IMG/VR virus record: IMGVR_UViG_3300035492_000044
Coordinates: 46,179 to 110,178 of that record
Direction: 5' to 3' (one strand)
Length of the DNA: 64,000 bases
From: a virus
Lineage: Duplodnaviria; Heunggongvirae; Uroviricota; Caudoviricetes
The translations under genes were made by a program, and so were the position numbers. Position 1 is the first letter of the stretch; every line of letters begins with the position of its first letter. Under the pieces are notes generated by a model. That model was not told the origin of the DNA. It searched no databases and saw nothing but the letters and a program-made list of their open reading frames with translations. This document shows positions 57,025 to 64,000 of this stretch, in pieces.

Positions 57025-57486
57025 ATGGAAGATATTGGTCTACTTAGGCGAAAATATAAGCAGAAAATAATCAATGCCCAAAAGGATGGTTTTAATGTCT
57101 ACCTGACATTCGAAGAGTATTTAGCCAAGGCAGAAGAAGCTGGGATTAAACATCCTGATGAGATATCTCCTAGTGGGTTTCATTTATCTCGAGTTAATGA
57201 CGAGGGAGATTACAGAAATGATAACTGCCGATTCTTACCGTGTAAGGAGAATCATAGAGAGAAGAAACACTTACGTGGGGTTAATCACCCATGTTATGGG
57301 AAGCCTGGTAATTTACTAGGTAAGAAGGTAGTGAGGAGTTGTAATAGAAAGCTCTCTGACGATATGGTAGTTGCTATCTTTAATGACACCAGAAAAGTAG
57401 GTGAAATATGCAAAGAGTATAATGTAGTTGTCTCTACTGTCAATAAGATAAAGAGACGAGAAATTTATAGCTATCTTACAAGTTAG
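57025..57486 (+). CDS. putative HNH homing endonuclease
   Basis: 'GFHLSRVNDEGDYRNDNCRF' HNH-like; AT-rich codons differ from neighbours; free-standing between large conserved genes. Confidence 0.45.
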   Translation: MEDIGLLRRKYKQKIINAQKDGFNVYLTFEEYLAKAEEAGIKHPDEISPSGFHLSRVNDEGDYRNDNCRFLPCKENHREKKHLRGVNHPCYGKPGNLLGKKVVRSCNRKLSDDMVVAIFNDTRKVGEICKEYNVVVSTVNKIKRREIYSYLTS

Positions 57487-57645
57487 TTCTCTGGGTATCA
57501 GTGTTGAGTACTCAGAGATTCGGAGGATAAATTATTTTTCTGAAATACGAAAAATACTTTATCTATTCGTGGTTTTTCAGGGCGCTTACAGACTGTTAAA
57601 GCCAGTTAGTTTGGCCTTGGAGGCCTAACCTCTTGCAATAAGGCA

Positions 57646-58233
57646 ATGCTAATGTCAGACCAACGGAAATTATCAACACTAAAACTGGATACCTCGGGGG
57701 AATTCCTTGACCTTAGCTTCTACGATACGGTGCTTAAAGAGAAGTCCGTTGACCGGATGGACTACTACTTAAGTCGGGTTACTAATAACCCAGCCTACTC
57801 TGAATCTCTTCGTCTCGAAGCATACAACCACTTCCATCCGCGATTTGGTAAGTTCTGCTCTCTTGGTGAAGTGTCCGACTCGGTGGCTACTACGCCCACC
57901 TCTCAAGTTACGGTACTTGAGTCCACTTCTGTTAAGCAAGCAAGTCCTTCTTCTGACGCTAAGACCGACTTGACCTTAACTCGGTTAGTACGTATTATCA
58001 GCACTAAGCCGAATTCTGACAACCTACTCAAAGTCCTTGCATGGCATCTGGTGATGTGCAACATTACATTCTCCAATCCCATGCTGGATGAGCTTATCGC
58101 ACAATTCCGTCGTATATCCAATCTCACCTTCAACCACTTAATAGAGTGTATTGGATCGCGGTACGGTGCAGAACGAGCTAGAGAGAGTTTCAAATCGGTT
58201 TACAATAAGCACGTTCTGGGACAAATGGAGTAA
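57646..58233 (+). CDS. hypothetical protein
   Basis: ORF after class-A motif 57580. Confidence 0.4.
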   Translation: MLMSDQRKLSTLKLDTSGEFLDLSFYDTVLKEKSVDRMDYYLSRVTNNPAYSESLRLEAYNHFHPRFGKFCSLGEVSDSVATTPTSQVTVLESTSVKQASPSSDAKTDLTLTRLVRIISTKPNSDNLLKVLAWHLVMCNITFSNPMLDELIAQFRRISNLTFNHLIECIGSRYGAERARESFKSVYNKHVLGQME

Positions 58234-58239
58234 TTAGGG

Positions 58240-59694
58240 ATGCGTCCTGTACTTAAGATCAAACTTATGTCAGACAGCAATATTAAGTCTGTCAGTTCTG
58301 GGGAAATTGAGTCCTACCGTCTGTACAACTTCAAGTACAAGACACCTCGCCCAGTACCGGGTGGTCTATTCTGCGAGAAGATCTTTGGTCCTATCCAGGA
58401 TTACACCTGTGCCTGCGGTATCCGTCACTCTATTGCCTTGAAAGTATGCGAGACCTGCGGTGTGCCTATTCTTAGTGCACGTGAACGCCGTAATCGTATG
58501 GGGCATATCAATTGTCGCCTCCCCTACCTAAATCCAATTGCCTCTGACCTAGTCGGCGGTATCTTCGGAGTTAGTGGTAAGGCTCTCCTCGATGTGGCAG
58601 TAGGTACCTCGCGGTACTACATAGAGGAGGCAGCTGGTTCAGGTCCATTGATCAGTTCGAGCGGTGTGCGTTATCGCATTCAAATCGTAGGTAAGGAAGA
58701 TCCTGAGTGGGAGAACTCCGATTACTCGATTTACTCGCTTCTCTCTGACCTGATTGACCTGGACATTAGTGGTGAGGAGACACTCTCCAAGCACAAAAAT
58801 CCTGATGTTCGTCGGTATTATGAAAACGGGTTCACTTCGGTCCTGAATTTCTTCAATACCTCAGTTCTTGTTCCGCCACCTCTCCACCGAGATATCTCCA
58901 TCTCGAATGGTGAGATTTCGTATCACCCCACTAATATCCTCTACCTTCGACTCATTCGAGTAGCTCATCGATTCCAGGTTATTATGGAATCGGAGAACGA
59001 GGATATGTTGGTTCTACTCCGTGAAGAAGCTCGAGTTCTCCAGCATCTGGTGAATTCAGTTTACACTGAAGGAGCTAAGGACCATCGCGGTAACGCTATC
59101 CCAGCCATTATGGACAAACTGGGAGGTAAAGAGGGTCTGTTTCGTGGTAATATGCTAGGCAAGCGTATTGACTACTCCGGACGTTCCTCGATTACTACAG
59201 GTCCCGATCTCCCGATTGATACCTGCGCTGTACCGTTCAAAATGATGTACACTCTGCTTGAACCCCATATCCTCGGAAGGCTAGTTACTCTGGCAGAAGA
59301 GCGATTCAATGGGGAGGCTAATCCGTACACTGTGGCTTCTCGTTGGTATAAGAGGCAGACCACTGAGGCGGTTGAAGCCTGCTATGACCTTGCCAAGGAG
59401 GCTATTGTAATCCTTAACCGAGCTCCATCGCTCCATCGCTATTCGGTAATGGGATTTAAGGTAGTTCTTCACTCTGGTAAGAGTATCCGGATACCTCCGC
59501 TAATCTGCTCCCCATTCAACGCAGACCATGATGGCGACACCATGGCGATTCACCTGCCGTTGTCTAAGCAGGCACTAGCTGAGTTCCCTCTGTATTCGGT
59601 TCAGCATAATCTGATGAGTTCTATCGATTATGACACCCCGAATATGTCTCCGTCCCACGAGGCTGTAGTGGGTCTGTACCAGCTCACCCTGTGA
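58240..59694 (+). CDS. Multisubunit RNA polymerase beta' subunit, N-terminal half
   Basis: Zn-binding 'DYTCACGIRHS..CETCGV', 'ARERRNRMGHINCRLPYLNPI' (vs 'RRERMGHIELASPTAHIW'), catalytic 'NADHDGDTMAIHLPLS' (vs 'NADFDGDQMAVHVPLT'). Confidence 0.9.
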   Translation: MRPVLKIKLMSDSNIKSVSSGEIESYRLYNFKYKTPRPVPGGLFCEKIFGPIQDYTCACGIRHSIALKVCETCGVPILSARERRNRMGHINCRLPYLNPIASDLVGGIFGVSGKALLDVAVGTSRYYIEEAAGSGPLISSSGVRYRIQIVGKEDPEWENSDYSIYSLLSDLIDLDISGEETLSKHKNPDVRRYYENGFTSVLNFFNTSVLVPPPLHRDISISNGEISYHPTNILYLRLIRVAHRFQVIMESENEDMLVLLREEARVLQHLVNSVYTEGAKDHRGNAIPAIMDKLGGKEGLFRGNMLGKRIDYSGRSSITTGPDLPIDTCAVPFKMMYTLLEPHILGRLVTLAEERFNGEANPYTVASRWYKRQTTEAVEACYDLAKEAIVILNRAPSLHRYSVMGFKVVLHSGKSIRIPPLICSPFNADHDGDTMAIHLPLSKQALAEFPLYSVQHNLMSSIDYDTPNMSPSHEAVVGLYQLTL

Positions 59695-59775
59695 TTTAGA
59701 AGGATTTAGAATGTAATCTGACTAACAATAAGTTAGAATTACTTAGTCTTGTTAATTAATCTGAGGTAATCCATA

Positions 59776-61299
59776 ATGCTGGTAAATAACGTTCATTATT
59801 TCAACAATCCTCAAGCAATTCACGAAGCGTATGAGAACGGGTTGATTACTTACCATACCGAGGTTAAGTATAAGTTCCGGGACACTACTGAGTGGGTTGA
59901 CATTACTTATGGGCGATTCCTGATCTGGGAATTCACTGGGTACCTCCCAGAGGGTGCCCTTAGTAAGAAGGGTGTGAAGAATCTCGTTATCCACATTAAC
60001 CGGGAGTACAGCCCTGAAGTAGCTGTTAAGAAGATGAAACAGCTACAAGATCTGGCTTTCAAGATCGCCACTGAGAAGGGAATTACCCTTGGGATGGACG
60101 ACTTCCACCCAATGCCTGGTACTAACGAGATCATGGCAGAAGAGCAGGTCCGTATCTCGGCTCTTCCTATCGAAGAGCGAGCTGAAGAGTGGGATACCGT
60201 TATTAACGGCCAGGTAGATCGCTGGATTAACGAGGTCGATCGAAATAACCCTCTCTACGCCATGTACCAGTCAGGTGCTCGAGTAACTCCCTCCCAGATA
60301 CGCCAGATGGTTGTTGGTAAGGGTCTTCTCACTAAGATGAACGGTGAGATTAACCCGGATGCAGTTACTCAGTCTCTGGCAACAGGACTTAGTGTGTACA
60401 ATTACTTCATGACATGTGGGCCTGCTCGGAGAGGTCTGGCTAACAACTTCTTCGTAGTTCCTGCCTCTGGATACTTCGCACGGCAGCTGGTTAATGCTGC
60501 GCGTGACCTTACCATCGTAGAAGAGGACTGCGGTACTCGAGAGGGGGTAGAGGTCAAGTCGAAATACGCAGTAGGTCGCTACCTTGCAGGTACATCCGAA
60601 CTCTGGACTAAGGACAGCAAGACTGACATGCCTTACCTCAAGGTGAGGAGTCCTCTTACCTGCTCCTCTGTTCTAGGTGGACTCTGCGCTAAGTGCTGTG
60701 GACAGGATCCTGCCACTAACGAGGATTGGAGAGTAGGTTTCGGTATGGGGACAGCGTCGGCTCAGCATATCTCGGAACCAGCTACTCAGGCCGGTCTACG
60801 TGGTAAGCATACCTCAGGTTCGGTTACTCTGGCGGATTACCGTAACTCGGTTGATAACGTACTTCCGAACATCATCAGGGCTTTCGGTGGTATCGGTACT
60901 CAGTTCGTAACTACTGAGGGAGCTACTTCGAAGACCCTATACGACTTCAGCAAGACTGAGAAGGATCCTATTACTGCAGCTGAGAAGCTCTGCCAGCACA
61001 TTAAGGACCTGTTCGTGGAGGGTGGTCTGGGTGTAGCTAGCATCCACATCGAGGTAATTATTCGCTCCTGTATTGAGCAGGTAATTAAGAAAGATGGTGA
61101 AGTAGGTCTTCGGTCTCATGGAGATGAGGGCCGAATCAAGTGCCTCAACGTGAGTCAGGTTCCTCTTAATTACCCGAGCTGGCTGAAGTCTATCAGCTTC
61201 GGCTACACCTCCAGCCGACTCCGTAAGGCAGTATGCCGGATGGAGAAGACTTACGGCGTAATGACGGAGCAGATTATGACAACTGCGTTCCAACACTAA
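59776..61299 (+). CDS. Multisubunit RNA polymerase beta' subunit, C-terminal half
   Basis: 'VPASGYFARQLVNAARDLTIVEEDCGT' (vs '[26 protein letters not shown]') and trigger-loop 'SEPATQAGLRGKHTSG' (vs 'GEPGTQLTMRTFHIGG'). Confidence 0.85.
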   Translation: MLVNNVHYFNNPQAIHEAYENGLITYHTEVKYKFRDTTEWVDITYGRFLIWEFTGYLPEGALSKKGVKNLVIHINREYSPEVAVKKMKQLQDLAFKIATEKGITLGMDDFHPMPGTNEIMAEEQVRISALPIEERAEEWDTVINGQVDRWINEVDRNNPLYAMYQSGARVTPSQIRQMVVGKGLLTKMNGEINPDAVTQSLATGLSVYNYFMTCGPARRGLANNFFVVPASGYFARQLVNAARDLTIVEEDCGTREGVEVKSKYAVGRYLAGTSELWTKDSKTDMPYLKVRSPLTCSSVLGGLCAKCCGQDPATNEDWRVGFGMGTASAQHISEPATQAGLRGKHTSGSVTLADYRNSVDNVLPNIIRAFGGIGTQFVTTEGATSKTLYDFSKTEKDPITAAEKLCQHIKDLFVEGGLGVASIHIEVIIRSCIEQVIKKDGEVGLRSHGDEGRIKCLNVSQVPLNYPSWLKSISFGYTSSRLRKAVCRMEKTYGVMTEQIMTTAFQH

Positions 61300-61312
61300 T
61301 AAGGCGGAGTAG

Positions 61313-61978
61313 ATGTCCGGTCGAGTTTACAACATAGCTAAACTCACCAGTTCTCCCTCGAAGATATTCTTCGAGGGAGATATTTTAATATCTGGTGATA
61401 GTCTAACGGTTAGGAGTAAGAATCTGGAGTCAGATGTATTTGCTAACTCACGTAGAGGCCGGAATGTTAATCTCCGAGTCACTGAGGAAGCATGCGTAAG
61501 ACTACTCCAGACATTTGATAATCCTCAATATCCATATAACGATTTCATCTGCTATTCCATACTCACAGTTAAGAAGATAAGGCTATCGAGTTACAGAGAG
61601 GTTGCTCATGACCTTAAGTATCTAGATCTTCTTCTGATGAAGCCAGGTATAACGAACATCGTTACTAGAATCTGCCATCAATTTGACGTTATACTTACAG
61701 ACTACCCCACTCTGATTGGTAAGACACAGTCGAAGATAATTGATCTTAATAAGGTATCCCTAGATGGAATTCCTCTTCCTAAGGTCAGATCCCGAGATAT
61801 TCTAGTAGAGAAGAATATTATGCAGGAGATAAACAACCAGACTAATGCTGGGATAAATCACAGGCATAAAGTTCTAGTACTGCTATATGACAATCAGTTA
61901 GTGGCCCATGATATATCTATGTTCGATAGACATAAGATTCTACCTTGTACACTCCTGAAATATCCAGGGTGTATTTAG
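61313..61978 (+). CDS. hypothetical protein
   Basis: ORF directly downstream of the beta' genes. Confidence 0.4.
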   Translation: MSGRVYNIAKLTSSPSKIFFEGDILISGDSLTVRSKNLESDVFANSRRGRNVNLRVTEEACVRLLQTFDNPQYPYNDFICYSILTVKKIRLSSYREVAHDLKYLDLLLMKPGITNIVTRICHQFDVILTDYPTLIGKTQSKIIDLNKVSLDGIPLPKVRSRDILVEKNIMQEINNQTNAGINHRHKVLVLLYDNQLVAHDISMFDRHKILPCTLLKYPGCI

Positions 61979-62053
61979 GGGCGCTTACAGAGCTCTAAAG
62001 CCAGTTAAGGTGAGGGGGAAGTTCCCCAGACTTCTGTTTAGGTGGAGAAAATT

Positions 62054-62317
62054 ATGTTTCGTGAACGTGATGAAGGTTTTACTTACGCACCCACTCTCAC
62101 TTCTGAGAAGGGTCGAGTGACTCTTACTTGGGACCATTCCGACAACATGTACTACGTTTTCGTACATGGTGAGGATGAAAATCCTCGAGCTTACCGGAAT
62201 ATCCTTGATAGCATTATCGGAGCCAAGGCTGCTGCAGATCACCTTCTGGACTCGTTCAGTCAGGTTGATATGGAGAAGTTTATTGACTTCCGAGTCGGTC
62301 ATCCTCACGCAGCGTAA
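62054..62317 (+). CDS. hypothetical protein
   Basis: ORF after class-A motif 61978; RBS 'aggtggag'. Confidence 0.4.
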   Translation: MFRERDEGFTYAPTLTSEKGRVTLTWDHSDNMYYVFVHGEDENPRAYRNILDSIIGAKAAADHLLDSFSQVDMEKFIDFRVGHPHAA

Positions 62318-62335
62318 AAATAATTTGCTGTTTGA

Positions 62336-62392
62336 GGGCGCTTAGAACGTCCAAAAGCCAGTTAAAGTGGAAGGGCGGACTTACCGCTTTCC
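62336..62392 (+). promoter_or_regulatory. Class-A motif copy + hairpin
   Basis: 'GGGCGCTTAGAACGTCCAAAAGCCAGTTAAAGTGGAAGGGCGGACTTACCGCTTTCC' upstream of 62419. Confidence 0.6.
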
Positions 62393-62418
62393 TTTAGTAC
62401 TTACTTAGGAGAAACATC

Positions 62419-62799
62419 ATGGTTGCTGCAACTACTACCCCGAAGAAGAAAAACACCACTAAGCCGATGGGTGCTAAGGCCCGGTCTTTCCTGAATCAGG
62501 TGGCTGAGACCGTAGAGTCCAAGTCCAAGACAGCGGCTACTGAGGAGCTCTTCACCGGCCAGAAGCAGGAGGAGGCTCCTGTAGCTCCGGTAGCTGCTCC
62601 GTCGGTTACTGAGGAAATGGCCAAGAAAGGTCTTCAGTGCTGGGCCTGGATCGAAGAGCACAGTAAGTACTACCGTGCTCGAATCACTGAAGTGGTGGAA
62701 CCTGGTAAGTACAACGTGATCTACCGTGACTTCAAGGCAACTGTCGGCCTGGATGACCTCCAGCTGGAGAAGCCGAGTAATCTCAAGGCTAAGGCCTGA
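62419..62799 (+). CDS. small basic protein (Lys-rich N-terminus)
   Basis: After class-A motif 62336; 'TTTPKKKNTTKPMGAKAR'. Confidence 0.45.
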   Translation: MVAATTTPKKKNTTKPMGAKARSFLNQVAETVESKSKTAATEELFTGQKQEEAPVAPVAAPSVTEEMAKKGLQCWAWIEEHSKYYRARITEVVEPGKYNVIYRDFKATVGLDDLQLEKPSNLKAKA

Positions 62800-62811
62800 T
62801 TCAAATCCCTA

Positions 62812-62846
62812 GGGTGAGTGTACTTTGTGTACTCACCCTATTTTTG
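62812..62846 (+). terminator. rho-independent terminator (GGGTGAGTGTAC..GTACTCACCC + TATTTTTG)
   Basis: Hairpin + T-run. Confidence 0.7.
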
Positions 62847-62857
62847 TGCTAAATTAA

Positions 62858-63738
62858 TGAGGTTGAAAATGAAGTGCCGTAGAATTATTTCTCATCTCCT
62901 TGCTGAAGCTCGTCGTCTGGAGGATGAGGGAGATAAATGGCGTAGTATCGCCCATCGTAAGGGTGCTTCTGCCATTAGTCAAGTTCTTAAGTCGAACGAG
63001 GAAGTACCTAAGGATTTTGACTGGATGAGCATAAGTGGAATAGGTCCAAGTCTTAATTCCAAGATTCAAGCAGTATTGGCCGGAGAAGTGAGTACAAATA
63101 CATCTTGGATGGACTGGATGAGTAAGGAAGATAGAGCCGAAATTCTTAAATACTTTGACTGTCAGAGTGATCACGAATTTCTACTCGAGATTAGAAAATC
63201 TCCGTACTATACCCACGTGTCCGATGCCGTACTAAAGCACTACGGGCTATTTAGGATCCCAGAATTATTATACCCGTTGACTCAGGTACTAGAGACCTAC
63301 TTGGGAGACTTGGTAATCCAAGTTACTGGAGGTATACGTAGGAAGAACAATGTGGGGCACGATATTGATTACGTAGCTGCGTGCTCACATGAGGAGTTGA
63401 TGAAGAGGATTGACAAGATAAATAATTCCTCTAAAGTGCAATTGACTCCAATTAATCAGGGTGAGAGCTTCCCTCGATTTATAGCTGATTTCCGAGGACA
63501 TAAAATCAATGTGGACTTCCGTCTCTGTGAACCCAGATTCTTCGCATCCATGGTCCTTTATTTAACTGGGTCTAAGGAGCATAATATTCGGCTTCGTTCG
63601 ATAGCCAAGAAGAAGGGATTCCTTCTTAATGAGTATGGACTTACCAGAATAGGTGCAGAATCCCCTATGGAAATATGGTCTGAGATGGGAATATTTGAGG
63701 TACTTGGTGAGCCTTATATAAAACCAGAGTACCGCTGA
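62858..63738 (+). CDS. Family X DNA polymerase (Pol beta-like, minimal)
   Basis: HhH 'ISGIGPSLNSKI', 'GGIRRKNNVGHDIDYV' (vs Pol beta 'GSFRRGAESSGDMDVLL'), 'YLTGSKEHNIRLRSIAKKKGFLLNEYGL' (vs '[28 protein letters not shown]'). Confidence 0.8.
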
Positions 63739-63825
63739 TTAGGGGCGCTTAGAAGCTTCTAAAGCCAGTTAAAGTGCAGGGGAAGCGCCGCCGCTTACCT
63801 AATTATTTCCTTCGGAGAATGTAAA

Positions 63826-64000
63826 ATGGAAAACGTTGACTTCAATAAGATTAAAGACAAAATCCGTAAGCTGCTGGCTGTAGCTAATGGCAAGGCTAAT
63901 GAGAACGAGTCGCTGATTGCAGCTCGTCAAGCTAACAAGCTAATGGAGAAGTACAACCTCTCGATGGCTGACGTGATTGTCAAGGATCTGGAGAAGGACG
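63826..64000 (+). CDS. DUF2786-like protein (5' partial, runs off the window)
   Basis: 'KIRKLLAVANGKANENESLIAARQANKLMEKYNLS' after class-A motif 63742. Confidence 0.4.
   Translation, partial: MENVDFNKIKDKIRKLLAVANGKANENESLIAARQANKLMEKYNLSMADVIVKDLEKD

Noticed and set aside
4797-63800. Repeated ~35 nt motifs considered as a possible CRISPR array or MITE-like repeats
   Set aside because: Copies are kilobases apart at irregular spacing, always intergenic and co-oriented with genes, and lack spacer/repeat alternation; promoter/regulatory elements fit much better.
1-64000. Integrase/excisionase or attachment sites (prophage/temperate signature)
   Set aside because: None seen; the gene content (RNR, topo II, own RNAP, tRNAs) and uniform orientation indicate a virulent phage segment.

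Overview
This window is a gene-dense, single-strand (all +) segment of a large virulent phage genome, probably a jumbo phage. It encodes split multisubunit-RNAP beta' genes and replication/recombination genes: a gp32-like SSB, a FEN/RNase H, a natural Mre11-Rad50 fusion, T4-type topoisomerase II, a primase, a DinG-like helicase, a Cas4-like nuclease, family A and family X DNA polymerases, and an RNase H1. There is a pyrimidine metabolism module (class I RNR, dCTP deaminase, all-alpha dUTPase/dCTPase, thymidylate-synthase-family enzyme, dNK-like kinase, HD nucleotidase). A roughly 8 kb sugar-nucleotide and glycosyltransferase cluster includes a T4 Bgt-like enzyme and points to DNA sugar hypermodification. 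A tRNA island carries 8 tRNAs, a circularly permuted two-piece tmRNA and two HNH homing endonuclease paralogs. A block of small accessory genes includes a NADAR protein, a 2H phosphoesterase, and a tandem paralog family with a T4-CTS-like N-terminal peptide. Two families of a strongly conserved, roughly 35-40 nt intergenic motif (about 25 copies in total) share a 3' core GTTARGGTGGAAG followed by a GC hairpin, and are the best candidates for phage-specific promoters. Many rho-independent terminators share a CCCTATTT tail.
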